Below are positions 37,494 through 47,783 of a stretch of DNA of 64,000 bases, one piece after another. Position 1 is the first letter of the stretch; each line of letters opens with the position of its first letter. The position numbers were made by a program, and so were the translations under genes. The DNA comes from an uncultured Candidatus Babeliaceae bacterium (GTDB taxonomy: Bacteria > Babelota > Babeliae > Babelales > Babelaceae): NCBI GenBank assembly GCA_963704655.1, contig OY969927.1, forward strand, positions 384,001 to 448,000. Reading direction: 5' to 3'. Below the pieces are notes generated by a model. It had not been told where the DNA came from. It was given only the letters and a program-made list of their open reading frames with translations, and ran no database searches.

Positions 37494-38137
37494 TTTTTAA
37501 AAAAATCTAATTTCTTCAGGGCCTGGCGCACTTCAAAAAGTGGCAGACCGATAACTGAAGAATAAGACCCATTAAGCGCTTTAAGATATTGTTCGCCAAA
37601 GCCATCAATGGCGATTGCACCTGCACAAGAAAGTGCACCAACAACCGTGATATATTCATCGATTTCAGCATCTTCTATCGAGAAAAAAATCTGCGAAATC
37701 ACTGTCTGTGAAATTCGTTCTTGCGTGTGCCATGTACCGGCCTTAAAAGCCTTGCGCTCTAAACAAAAGCCCGTTGCAACACGCACCCATTGGTCACGTT
37801 GATTTTTAAGTTGCCTAACAGCATCAGCATAATCACTCGGCTTTGCATACAAATGACCCTGATTATCTGCACCCAGTGTATCGGCGGTTAACACCCACCG
37901 GGTATTCATCAACGGGGTTTCATGCGGGCCCTTGGTATAGTTTTCTGATTCATGAGGGATTACCAATGATTCCATTTTATGAATAGCTATAGATTCAACA
38001 AGCTGCTCTAACGGCAATGTCCAATCGCAAGCATATTCGTCAGCCGACTGGTCAAGAACTTGAAATGGTATACCCATTTCTTGTAAAAGACGTTTGCGTG
38101 ATGGTGATTGTGAAGCAAGATAGAGAATATGTTTCAT
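37490..38137 (-). CDS. maf: Maf family nucleotide pyrophosphatase
   Basis: LASQSPSRKRLL, TADT, KP, AGAIAIDG, GSYSSVIGLPL. Confidence 0.93.
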   Translation of the reverse strand: MKHILYLASQSPSRKRLLQEMGIPFQVLDQSADEYACDWTLPLEQLVESIAIHKMESLVIPHESENYTKGPHETPLMNTRWVLTADTLGADNQGHLYAKPSDYADAVRQLKNQRDQWVRVATGFCLERKAFKAGTWHTQERISQTVISQIFFSIEDAEIDEYITVVGALSCAGAIAIDGFGEQYLKALNGSYSSVIGLPLFEVRQALKKLDFFKN

Positions 38138-38152
38138 ATTTATTTTTCTCAG

Positions 38153-39262
38153 TTATTTTTCCCATGGCGCTGGATCTGGATAATTTCTTTCTAAAAATTC
38201 ATGTAATAATGCTTGAGCCTGTACACTTTTTTCATCCATAAGATCTTGAAGACAAAAAGTAACCGGCCAATTATTTTTAAGCACTTCTAATTGCTCTATG
38301 GTTCGGTGTAAAGCATCGTCAGTTCTAAATGATATCATCATGGAACTTACTGGTCTACTTGTTAATGGCCGAGAAACAATTTTATCATGGTATGACCAAT
38401 AATACTGCAACAGGCCATTAGTTACATTAAAGTCTTGCTCTGACCGAAACCTATGGCACGAATTACCAGCAAAGATTTCGGGAAACTGCTGTTCAAACTG
38501 CTCTATATATGATTTTCTTAATGCAAAAGGCGTATGACACAACCGGTGGCGCCGTTCAATTTTAAAATGCAAATCAAGAAATGCATTAGTGTTACGCCAT
38601 GCCTTGCGATATGCCGTTTCGCCATCAATCGGTTGCCCTGAAGGGCTTAAGCCCTGTTCGAAAAATACATTAAGCTTATCATCAACAAAAAAATCTTCTG
38701 GCGCAACTGGCGCACCTAAAAAGACATCATCATTAAAATAAATAAAATACTCACTTAAACCCGGAATTCTATGGAGATTACTTTCTAGCGCATGAGAATT
38801 AAAGGTCGGCAAATCATCTTGGTTTTTAAAAATCTGTGTGTGGTCAATAATAGTAATCTTTGGATGCGACGCGAGCCAAGCAGGCCGTTGATTCATAGTA
38901 ATAATGTAAATATGGTTAACAAACGGTGCGTACTTAAAGACAGAACGCAAGGAATAACGTAATTCATCATTATCAACAAATCGGTTTTGTGTTGCACCAT
39001 CAAGCAGCACCACCATCTTTGCCCAACTTTTTGACCATGCCACAGATCTATTTTTTTTAATAGCCGCAGCTAGATAAGACTCTTTTATAGCCTGCCATGC
39101 TGGGTCATTTCCATCAACCCAGGTGTAAACAATATCTATAGGCTCATGAAAAATTTCAGGACTAACACCATGCCTGCCAATAAGACCTATAGAGAAAAAA
39201 ATAACAAAAAGAATACGTAAAGAGTTAATGGATCTCATTACCACACACCACCCCATAAACAT
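38153..39262 (-). CDS. Stealth family hexose-1-phosphotransferase
   Basis: CR1 IDIVYTWVDGND; CR2 ELRYSLRSV...PTFNSHALE...YFNDD; CR3 HTP...FR; CR4 FCLQD...YPDPAPWE. Confidence 0.92.
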   Translation of the reverse strand: MFMGWCVVMRSINSLRILFVIFFSIGLIGRHGVSPEIFHEPIDIVYTWVDGNDPAWQAIKESYLAAAIKKNRSVAWSKSWAKMVVLLDGATQNRFVDNDELRYSLRSVFKYAPFVNHIYIITMNQRPAWLASHPKITIIDHTQIFKNQDDLPTFNSHALESNLHRIPGLSEYFIYFNDDVFLGAPVAPEDFFVDDKLNVFFEQGLSPSGQPIDGETAYRKAWRNTNAFLDLHFKIERRHRLCHTPFALRKSYIEQFEQQFPEIFAGNSCHRFRSEQDFNVTNGLLQYYWSYHDKIVSRPLTSRPVSSMMISFRTDDALHRTIEQLEVLKNNWPVTFCLQDLMDEKSVQAQALLHEFLERNYPDPAPWEK

Positions 39263-39395
39263 TATTATTGTTATAAAATAAAATATAAGCCCTATCTTTG
39301 TCTATACATATCCCATTATAAAATATTAATTGATTTTTAAGTGCCAAAAAGTTTATCCTTAAATATATAGTATTATCAGTTAAGGTTCTCGCGCT

Positions 39396-40940
39396 ATGAT
39401 TCTTTGGAATAAAAAAATCTTTATCGCCGGTTGCGGCAGCGTAGTGCAATGTACCCTCCCTATCTTATTTAAACTTATTAACGTCTCACCAAAGAACGTA
39501 ACCATAATGGATTTTGCAGACCATAAAGCCCGGGTAAAAGAGTTTCTAGATAAAGGCGTTACCTATATACAACAACGAATAACCCCAGAAAATTACTCTG
39601 AAGTATTACAAAAACATCTCAACCCGGGCGATATCTTTATCGACCTTGCATGGAACATCGAAACCTGCACATTGCTTGAGTGGTGCCATGATAATAATGT
39701 TATATACATCAACACATCAGTAGAAGAATGGGACCCTTACCGTGATATTGAGAATGTAAAGCCTTCTCAATTAACACTGTATCATCGTCAGATGAACATT
39801 AAAAAACTTACCTCGGGCTGGCAAACACCAGGAAGCACTGCTATTGTCGATCATGGTGCCAATCCAGGACTCGTATCCCATTTTGTCAAACAAGCGCTCA
39901 TGGATATCGCACAAAAAATTATTGAAGAATCACCTCTGTGTCATCCCCGACTTGATCGGGGATCTCCCTCGGTTATTAATGGTCCGCATAAGATTCCCGC
40001 TTTCGCTGGGAATGACACCGCCGAACAAGATCGTTTAAATAAACTTGAAATAGCTTTGAAAAATAAAAACTTTGGACAACTTGCCTTTTTAACCGGCACA
40101 AAAGTTATCCATATCTCAGAACGTGATAGCCAAATAACAAGTAAGCCTAAGCTTGTAAATGAATTTGTAAATACCTGGAGTATTGAAGGTTTTATCGAAG
40201 AGGGAATGGCTCCTGCAGAATTAGGCTGGGGAACTCATGAAAAAGCGATCCCACACAATGGCATGCAGCATGAATCGGGGCCCAAGAACCAAATATTTTT
40301 ATCATCGCGAGGCATAGATACGTGGGTACGCTCATGGGTACCATCGGGCCCTATTATCGGCATGGTGATTCGTCATGGCGAAGCATTTGGCATTTCAGAT
40401 CGTTTAACCGTAACCGAAAATAACAAAGTTCTTTATCGCCCTACTGTTCATTACGCCTACTGCCCTACTGATTCAGCGCTTAATTCATTGCATGAACTTA
40501 AAATGCGCAACTTTGACCCTCAACCAAAAGAACGTATCCTTAATGATGAAATTATAGATGGCAAAGATGAACTTGGTTGTCTTGTAATGGGCCATGATTT
40601 TGGTGCATGGTGGATTGGTTCTCTTTTGAATATACATGAAGCACGCAAACTCGTTCCTGGGCAAAATGCTACAACGGTTCAAGTTGCAATCAGCGTCGTT
40701 GCAGCTGTTATCTATGCGATTAACCACCCAAATTTAGGCGTTTGTCTGCCAGATGATATTGATCATACTGAAATATTAAAGATAACAAAACCATATCTTG
40801 GTGAATTTGTCTCAAAGCCAACAGACTGGACACCATTTTCTGGCCCGAATACCTTTTTAGTCTTTGACAACGATAAACCAAATGAACAAGATATGTGGCA
40901 GTTTTCTACTCTTTTAGTAAAAACTGATTTTTACAAATAA
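39396..40940 (+). CDS. hss: Homospermidine synthase (carries an in-frame REP insertion)
   Basis: GCGSV Rossmann motif, HGANPGLVSHF, IHISERD, NTWSIEG, RPTVHYAY, NATTVQV. Confidence 0.92.
   Translation: MILWNKKIFIAGCGSVVQCTLPILFKLINVSPKNVTIMDFADHKARVKEFLDKGVTYIQQRITPENYSEVLQKHLNPGDIFIDLAWNIETCTLLEWCHDNNVIYINTSVEEWDPYRDIENVKPSQLTLYHRQMNIKKLTSGWQTPGSTAIVDHGANPGLVSHFVKQALMDIAQKIIEESPLCHPRLDRGSPSVINGPHKIPAFAGNDTAEQDRLNKLEIALKNKNFGQLAFLTGTKVIHISERDSQITSKPKLVNEFVNTWSIEGFIEEGMAPAELGWGTHEKAIPHNGMQHESGPKNQIFLSSRGIDTWVRSWVPSGPIIGMVIRHGEAFGISDRLTVTENNKVLYRPTVHYAYCPTDSALNSLHELKMRNFDPQPKERILNDEIIDGKDELGCLVMGHDFGAWWIGSLLNIHEARKLVPGQNATTVQVAISVVAAVIYAINHPNLGVCLPDDIDHTEILKITKPYLGEFVSKPTDWTPFSGPNTFLVFDNDKPNEQDMWQFSTLLVKTDFYK
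39938..40018. mobile_element. Intragenic palindromic element (RPE/REPIN-like), 81 bp, in frame
   Basis: GTGTCATCCCCGACTTGATCGGGGATCT ... AGATTCCCGCTTTCGCTGGGAATGACAC; terminal inverted repeat GTGTCAT/ATGACAC. Confidence 0.85.
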
Positions 40941-41145
40941 CCACCCATGCAACCCACATTGATTTTTATTTTTGAATTTGAAAAAAACCCTAATACCCCA
41001 GACAACAATACAATTTCCAAGCTTACGGTCGATGCCAAAGGTGAAGATAAAAAAGCAGAACTAACTTTAACGTTGCCACAGGGATAGGAAACATAAAAGA
41101 ATTAGATTCACTTATAGCTCAAAAAAGCCAGGAATTCGCAAACAG

Positions 41146-41802
41146 TCAGATACAAATCACCTGTGAACTATCTGAAGATTGCTGATGCTTAAGAATAGTT
41201 TCCTTAATAATTTTACATTCATACGTCAGATATTTTGCAGGTTTAGCACTTTTTTCAATCATTTCAATCTTATCAAGTATCGTCTGCTTGAACATATCCT
41301 TTAAGGTGATATCACACCCACATGCAAGTAGCGTCTTTAATTTATCTAACCACCCAGCATTATTTTCCTTTTCAATGTATGAGGCCATAAAGTGCAATGG
41401 CGTAGCCATATAATCATTTTTTTGATCATTTATATCCAGGCCTAAATCAGTATAATAACGTATAAGCGCCGCCTCATGTCCTCCATGATTTACAGCATTA
41501 TGTAAGAGTGTTAATCCATTGGGCGAACGATCTTTTACGAAAACTTTGCATTTATCAACTAAAATACGCGCAAAAGCAACCGTATGAGCACCCCATAAAA
41601 TTTCGTTTTTAAATTCCATACTTTTATTTTCAAGAGCCAAAGGGACACTTTCCAGAGGGATATCCTCTTTAGAAATAACATTTAAAAAATTCTTCGGATG
41701 CTCAATCGCACTCAAGCGCACTGCAATATCAGCACGTCCCATTGAAAAAATTGATGATGCTATTAAGCAGAAAAATAAATAATATTTTTTAAAAAAATTC
41801 AT
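41146..41802 (-). CDS. Secreted ankyrin-repeat protein
   Basis: GLTLLHNAV, ATPLHFMA, GCDITLKD; signal peptide from ATG 41802 with GGGAG RBS. Confidence 0.85.
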   Translation of the reverse strand: MNFFKKYYLFFCLIASSIFSMGRADIAVRLSAIEHPKNFLNVISKEDIPLESVPLALENKSMEFKNEILWGAHTVAFARILVDKCKVFVKDRSPNGLTLLHNAVNHGGHEAALIRYYTDLGLDINDQKNDYMATPLHFMASYIEKENNAGWLDKLKTLLACGCDITLKDMFKQTILDKIEMIEKSAKPAKYLTYECKIIKETILKHQQSSDSSQVICI

Positions 41803-41892
41803 CTTAAATAACTCCCAAAGAAATCGATTCATAATTTCTCTTTTTTTATAGTATTATCAAAAATAACAAAAAATAACATCTTAAGGATAAGT

Positions 41893-42750
41893 ATGATATT
41901 AAAAAATTCAGGAACAATAATAATCGATGGCTTTGAACTTCGTTATACCATTGAAGGCACGGGCAAAACGGCATTAGTTATTGGTAGTGCAGTATATTAC
42001 CCAAGAACTTTTTCACAAAATCTCCGTGAACATCTCAAGCTTATCTTTATGGACCACCGCGGCTTTGCAGCATCAAACAAAACAACTGATACTACAAAAT
42101 TTAACCTAGAGCTGTTATTGCAAGATATCGAACATGTTCGCTCTACGCTCAATTTAGGGCAAATTATTATTATCGGCCATTCTGGACATGGGTACATGGC
42201 TCTTGAATATGCAAAAAAATATCCGCAGCATGTCAGCCACGTAGTACTTATCGGCATGGGCCCTGATCAAAGTGCCGCTAGTCATGTCCAATCAGAAGAA
42301 TATTTTAATGATTCAGTAAATCCAGAGCGAAAAGCATGGTTACAAAAAAATCTTGAAAAACTTCCTGCTGAAATTCAAGCGCACCCAGAAAACCGGTTTA
42401 TAACCTTTTGTATCAGATTAGGCGCAAAAAGCTGGTATAACTTTACATTTGATGCCACACCACTTTGGCAAGGGGTTGAAGTTAATAACGCCATGTTTGA
42501 TTACGTCTGGGGAGCAGTATTTCGCGATATCGATATAACCAAAGGGCTAGAAAACTTTAACAAACCAGTCTTTCTTGCATTGGGTCATTTTGATTTTCTG
42601 GTGGCGCCATTTTTTTCATGGAACTCCATACGCTCAAAATTTAAAAATTTAACGATAAAGATATTTGAAAAAAGTGCCCACACTCCTCAGTATGAAGAGC
42701 CCGAGATTTTCGATCAGGAGCTCTTAACATGGTTAAATAAAATATCTTAA
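41893..42750 (+). CDS. Alpha/beta hydrolase (proline iminopeptidase-like)
   Basis: DHRGF, GHSGHG nucleophile elbow, SAHTPQYEEP. Confidence 0.88.
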   Translation: MILKNSGTIIIDGFELRYTIEGTGKTALVIGSAVYYPRTFSQNLREHLKLIFMDHRGFAASNKTTDTTKFNLELLLQDIEHVRSTLNLGQIIIIGHSGHGYMALEYAKKYPQHVSHVVLIGMGPDQSAASHVQSEEYFNDSVNPERKAWLQKNLEKLPAEIQAHPENRFITFCIRLGAKSWYNFTFDATPLWQGVEVNNAMFDYVWGAVFRDIDITKGLENFNKPVFLALGHFDFLVAPFFSWNSIRSKFKNLTIKIFEKSAHTPQYEEPEIFDQELLTWLNKIS

Positions 42751-42759
42751 AAAAATTAA

Positions 42760-43545
42760 TTATACATAATCTAGGCGCTTTTTTAAGTTTCGCATGCCCA
42801 CAACAAGACACACTACAGAAAAGAATGCGATAGCCAGCAAGCATGCCCAAAAATTAAGATACTCTTGCTGCCCAAGCATAGCCGCACGAGTGCTTTCTGT
42901 AATATAGATCATGGGGTTTATTAAATTAATCCAGGCAACAACGGGCAGTACATAATACAGCGACATCCATGAAAATGAATAGCCGCCCATAAACCACATC
43001 GGGAAAATAAATCGTGCCCACACACTACCCAATTTTGACATGTTTTCAATAACACTCGACGCCCAAATAACAAAGCATGCAAAAAAAATACTTTGAAAAA
43101 TAAGTGCCAACAATAATTGAAAATAATTAATCTGTAAAAGATCTAACTGGTTCCACAATGATAATTTACCTACGGGCAGCATGCATACAGTAAGCGTAAA
43201 ATAGACAATAAAATAATATGCAGCCTTACTGACAATCGCAAGCCACGAAGGTATCGGCAAGGTTAGACGATAGTCTATGCCGCGGTCCCCTTCAAAATCT
43301 ACAACAAGATCAACAACACTTGAGTACAGTTCAAATAGCCCTACTGCGGCTAAAACGCCACCAAGCTGAACTGCGCCAAAGCTTGCTGCCAAACCAAAAT
43401 AGGGCATAATATACCCAGCAACAAAGATGGTTAAAACAACCCAAATGGTCACATCGATAAGTTTATTAAAAAATGTTTGCTTAAAGACAATAAGGTCGCT
43501 CAAAATAAGATTTTTACACACCGTGAAATATAAATTTTTCTTCAT
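42760..43545 (-). CDS. ABC-2 type transporter permease
   Basis: About six TM helices; INPMIYITESTRA motif; downstream of the ABC ATPase. Confidence 0.88.
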   Translation of the reverse strand: MKKNLYFTVCKNLILSDLIVFKQTFFNKLIDVTIWVVLTIFVAGYIMPYFGLAASFGAVQLGGVLAAVGLFELYSSVVDLVVDFEGDRGIDYRLTLPIPSWLAIVSKAAYYFIVYFTLTVCMLPVGKLSLWNQLDLLQINYFQLLLALIFQSIFFACFVIWASSVIENMSKLGSVWARFIFPMWFMGGYSFSWMSLYYVLPVVAWINLINPMIYITESTRAAMLGQQEYLNFWACLLAIAFFSVVCLVVGMRNLKKRLDYV

Positions 43546-43567
43546 AAAATTCTTTCGTAAATATTAA

Positions 43568-43648
43568 TCCCTCGATACATTCTACTTCGTAGAACACTCG
43601 GGATGCACGGCGTGGCCGTTCATCCTGAGCCTACGCAAGGGTTAGCGG
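43568..43648. repeat. Inverted REP doublet between the ABC ATPase and permease genes
   Basis: CCCTCGATAC...CTCGGGATGCACGG followed by CCGTTCATCCTGAGCC...AAGGGTTAGCG. Confidence 0.75.
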
Positions 43649-43651
43649 CTA

Positions 43652-44395
43652 TTAATTTTGCCCAGCCCTTAAAAGCTCAATAAACATATCTTCCAGATTT
43701 TTCTGCTTAAAATCCGCAATAAGCTTGTCAGGAGTATCGATAAGCACTATCTGCCCTTTATCCAAAATACAGACGCGGTCAGAAAGTTTTTCAGCTTCAT
43801 CTAGATAATGCGTCGTAAGTAACACCGTAATCCCCTGCTTTTTAAGGCTGGTAATGACATCCCATAAATTTCTCCTGATATGCGGATCAAGGCCAACCGT
43901 TGGCTCATCTAAGATGATCAACTCTGGGTTATGAATTAAACTACGCGCAATCATAAAGCGCTGTTTATACCCGCCAGAAAGAATCGAAGCAGATTCTTGC
44001 AGATATTTTTCGAGCTCAAACTGCGCAGCTAAGCTTTTAATGCGATCTTTTATAACAGGCTCTGTGAGCCCATAAAATCTACCGGCAAAAAGAAGATTCT
44101 CTTCTAGCGTAAGCATGGGGTTGAGATTCGGCTTTTGTGGGCAATATCCAATTTTGGATCTAAAGTTTTCGATGTTTTTGTAAATCGATTCGCCTTTAAA
44201 AAGAATATCACCCGATGTTGCCGGATGCAGCGTTGCAATAATGCCAGACAAGGTCGACTTGCCCGCGCCATTGACGCCCAGCAAACTTAAGATTTCGCCC
44301 TTATTAATAGTAAGAAAAACGCCCTTCAGTGCCTCTGATTCACCACGATTGGTGATATATTTTTTTCGGATATTGTTAACTTCGAGTAATGACAT
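43652..44395 (-). CDS. ABC transporter ATP-binding protein (DrrA/NodI-like)
   Basis: GVNGAGKS, LSGGYKQR, LDEPTVGLD, TTHYLDEA. Confidence 0.95.
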   Translation of the reverse strand: MSLLEVNNIRKKYITNRGESEALKGVFLTINKGEILSLLGVNGAGKSTLSGIIATLHPATSGDILFKGESIYKNIENFRSKIGYCPQKPNLNPMLTLEENLLFAGRFYGLTEPVIKDRIKSLAAQFELEKYLQESASILSGGYKQRFMIARSLIHNPELIILDEPTVGLDPHIRRNLWDVITSLKKQGITVLLTTHYLDEAEKLSDRVCILDKGQIVLIDTPDKLIADFKQKNLEDMFIELLRAGQN

Positions 44396-44689
44396 AGAAT
44401 AACCTTATGCTTAAATGGTAAGCACACAGGCGCGCGTAAGAAAACATGCTAGAAGCGTACTATGAAGTTTTTATGAAAATGAAAAGGCTGAAAGATCTAA
44501 ACACAGTTTTCGTACAAAGCGCACTATATGCACAATGAACTAATTTTTTTAAATGGTGTTTAGATGTTCATGATGGCCGACTCACTTGTTTTTGATGTGA
44601 AGCAAAAAATTACTTACAATCTATAATTTAAATATATTTTTTTAAAAAAGTCAATTTTTGAAAAAAACTGTTTTTTTAAATACACAAAA

Positions 44690-45340
44690 TTAATCCTCAA
44701 CAAGCCTGATTTCAATGCGTTCTATCCCTTTGCCCGGGCGGTCCCTTTTAAGTGTCACAAAACCAACTTCAGCCGTTGAATTAACATGCGTGCCTCCGCA
44801 GGGCACTTGCGCAAAGCCTTCAATTTTCCAAAAGCGCCGCTGGTTTTCAACGTCAGAATAGCCCTTCTGAATTTCCAAATCGCTAGAGATTATCTTATTA
44901 TATTCTTGTAAAATATCCGGAAAGTGCACTGAAATATTCGTGTCGGATTTAAAGTCTATACGAGATTTAGTTTCAGCAATATGCGCACCGACTTTTTCTA
45001 GATTAAACTTTTGTGTAACAATCTCGAGTATCAATTCAGCTGCAAAATGTAAACGCATGAGCCTCAATCTACGCGGCCAATCGATGTGCATGGCAACTGT
45101 GTCTCCGACTTTGAGATTATGCCCATCTTGAAGCGTATAGTAAATCAAGTTGCCTTCACGCACAGAATCGATAATGGGGATTCCATTAACGGTTGCTTTG
45201 TCACTTTCTTGGCCACCAGCAAATGAATAAACTACTGTTTCATCAAAGAGAATCTTATCGCCATCAACTGATGCAACTTTGGTTGTGAGAGTCTGTTGAT
45301 AGGGATTATCCCAGAATACCTTACGCACGCTATCTTCCAA
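44690..45340 (-). CDS. AlaX-type alanyl-tRNA editing protein
   Basis: GGQESD, MRLHFAAE, VPCGGTHV. Confidence 0.9.
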   Translation of the reverse strand: MEDSVRKVFWDNPYQQTLTTKVASVDGDKILFDETVVYSFAGGQESDKATVNGIPIIDSVREGNLIYYTLQDGHNLKVGDTVAMHIDWPRRLRLMRLHFAAELILEIVTQKFNLEKVGAHIAETKSRIDFKSDTNISVHFPDILQEYNKIISSDLEIQKGYSDVENQRRFWKIEGFAQVPCGGTHVNSTAEVGFVTLKRDRPGKGIERIEIRLVED

Positions 45341-45477
45341 TTATTATATATTAAAACCTGTTAACATCATTTTATTTAGAAAAACTATAAAGCGCCAGAG
45401 CTTGACATATATATAGTAAATAACAGACTCTAAAATAGAATTAAGTTTTTATACCAATCAGCTTAAGGAGTACACGT

Positions 45478-46023
45478 ATGAAAACAGAAAGATGCTTTTT
45501 CATTGCCCTTTTTTTGATCGTATTAAACATGTATCTTAATGCGTCCGATATTGTCCCTCTTGATAGTCTGTTAGCAGAACGACGCACGGCCTTTACCTAT
45601 GCAGCACACCGTGCAATACCACAATGGTTTACCGGCAGATTAAAACCAGTAGCACTTGCCACCATATTATGCGCGCCATTTTTTTTAGAATTAATAGAAA
45701 GCCCACCTGCAGCAACATCTATTTTGCTGCCGATTACGGCAGGGATTATGGCCCGCCAATTTCTTTTAACAGCACGTGATGTTCAACTGTATAATAATGT
45801 TAGCTTATCAAGAACCCATCTGCTTCTTTATGACTTTCCATCAACAGACGAGCTTAATGCGATGGATAACCATCACCAGATTTTACAAGAATTGGCCGAA
45901 TATACGAAAAATAATGGTACTTACTTTGAAAAAGCTTTACTTTTAACACCCGGCTTGCGCGGATATAAAAAGCTACAGAAATTAGATAACTCGGTTATAA
46001 AATTCAATAAAAAAGGCCCATAA
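45478..46023 (+). CDS. Hypothetical secreted/membrane protein
   Basis: AAGGAG RBS, signal peptide, hydrophobic segments. Confidence 0.7.
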   Translation: MKTERCFFIALFLIVLNMYLNASDIVPLDSLLAERRTAFTYAAHRAIPQWFTGRLKPVALATILCAPFFLELIESPPAATSILLPITAGIMARQFLLTARDVQLYNNVSLSRTHLLLYDFPSTDELNAMDNHHQILQELAEYTKNNGTYFEKALLLTPGLRGYKKLQKLDNSVIKFNKKGP

Positions 46024-46026
46024 AAT

Positions 46027-46350
46027 TTACAGGCATGATGCAATGTAATCTTTTTTTAAAAGTGAGAGCATTATTCTGTCGCAGAATTCATCTCTTAAAT
46101 AATAGTATTCTCGTAAAAAGCCTTCATTCTGAAAGCCTAATTTCTCTAACACTCGCCTACTTGCCACATTACGTGGATCAAAAGTTGCTTGAATGCGATT
46201 AAAACCAAGTGTATTAAAACCATATTCTATTACCGCCTGCCCCGCTTCTGTTGCGATCCCTGTTGAAAAAAGATTGCAAAAAAAACTTAGTGCGAAAAAG
46301 AAATATAACATGGTATTTTTCAAAGTTTGGTGCATAGTAAACATCTGCAA
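46027..46350 (-). pseudogene. RimJ/RimL GNAT acetyltransferase, C-terminal half only, fused to a signal-like peptide
   Basis: GIATEAG...NRIQA...RNVASRRVLEKLGF..EG.LR present; the N-terminal GNAT half is missing. Confidence 0.65.
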
Positions 46351-46362
46351 CCTTATTAAGTT

Positions 46363-46920
46363 TTAATTATAATCACAATTTTCACCATGAAATCCTTTTT
46401 GTTTTTTAGATCTCTTAGCTTCAAGATATATTTCTTCAATCGAATCAAAATCATGAGCCTTAGCTAATTTTTTTTGCTGTAACTGTTTAACATCAGCCGC
46501 ATGCTTTTTAGCCAAAGCTATTCGTTGTTCTTTGGTAGGCTTATGCTGCGCTAACCATGCCTGTAAATGGCTTTCACCAGTAACGGGAAAAATAGTAATT
46601 ACTCTATTTGTGATACGATTTATAACTACGCCCAATTTTTTATCAATATCAACGCAGAATTGTCTACAATCTAAAGTCTGAACACAGTCTATAGCGTTAT
46701 AACGATTACCATGACCTATCACCCAAGCAACATCATCAACTGTTACCCCACGCTCATCCATTCTTTTCCGCGCATGACTCGTATAATAATAACGGCCTAT
46801 AAATTTCCCCGGCTTAACAATCGAAGACAATAATATCGCTTCTTCACTAGCATATACAACAGATGAACATGCCAAAGATATCAATAGTAATGATATTAGT
46901 AAGTGTACTTTTTTAAACAT
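46363..46920 (-). CDS. Secreted DUF4258-like protein
   Basis: Signal peptide; TSHARKRMDERGVTVDDV...VIGHG...VITIF. Confidence 0.75.
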   Translation of the reverse strand: MFKKVHLLISLLLISLACSSVVYASEEAILLSSIVKPGKFIGRYYYTSHARKRMDERGVTVDDVAWVIGHGNRYNAIDCVQTLDCRQFCVDIDKKLGVVINRITNRVITIFPVTGESHLQAWLAQHKPTKEQRIALAKKHAADVKQLQQKKLAKAHDFDSIEEIYLEAKRSKKQKGFHGENCDYN

Positions 46921-47114
46921 ATTTTTTCCTATAATAGCTACTCATGTGCCATAAACAAATAATAATTCAATATAATTTATTTTACAAATGTTGCACGAGT
47001 TGTTGCAACAGCTTTAAACCCCTGCGCATGACCAAAATAATAAGGGTGGTACATTTTTAGCAATTTGGGGAGAGAAGATTCTCTTATATGATTAAACGCA
47101 GCGCTGAAAGAAAA

Positions 47115-47783
47115 CTAACAAATGGGCAAAACGTTTTTATTCTGGCGCTGGTTTTCTGAAATAAGTTGATTGAGGCGATCTTGAAAATCTTTGAATTCTT
47201 TTTTATTCAGCAAGCTTTTTAGTAGATCAAATAATTCTGAATCTTCAATAAAATAAACCTGAACACCAAAATCTACCATTGCTTCAAGCGCAGAATCAAA
47301 ATAAAATATATGCAACGGCTTTGCAGTTTCACGACTTACCCATTCATTTGGCCCCATACCCTTAGAAGGGGTAAAATAGAAGCCGTCGCTCGATAAACAG
47401 TAAATAGCGCCACCATTATCTTGTCGCATAAAATCTGCTTTACTACCGTTGTAAACAAAGTGAAATGATTTACCATTAAAGTTTCCCTTGATAACTTTGC
47501 CGGGCTGCTTACTCATTAACCACATAGAAGCAACATCAATGTTTGGAGTTGCAAAAACAACAGCCCCTTCTTCTTTGTCACGCACATGCTCTGCTCGCGG
47601 CTGAAGCACTTCTATTTCTTTATTTGATGACCCGTGAAATAAGATACGGGGCTTTGTTTCTACATCAAGATGAGTCTTATGAACTTCTCCTGCACCTTTG
47701 TGTGGCTGACCAAGCCTTAAGCCTGCATACACGGCAAGAGACATAGTTACCAAAAGAGCAGTTATCGTTAATTCTTTTTTCAT
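47115..47783 (-). CDS. Secreted protein with possible ADP-ribosyltransferase-like fold
   Basis: LFHGS, VFAT, GAIY and EWVSRE motifs; signal peptide. Confidence 0.55.
   Translation of the reverse strand: MKKELTITALLVTMSLAVYAGLRLGQPHKGAGEVHKTHLDVETKPRILFHGSSNKEIEVLQPRAEHVRDKEEGAVVFATPNIDVASMWLMSKQPGKVIKGNFNGKSFHFVYNGSKADFMRQDNGGAIYCLSSDGFYFTPSKGMGPNEWVSRETAKPLHIFYFDSALEAMVDFGVQVYFIEDSELFDLLKSLLNKKEFKDFQDRLNQLISENQRQNKNVLPIC

Noticed and set aside
41146-41165. CaaX prenylation motifs at the ends of the ankyrin (VICI) and WD40 (KICV) proteins
   Set aside because: Cys is second from last rather than fourth from last
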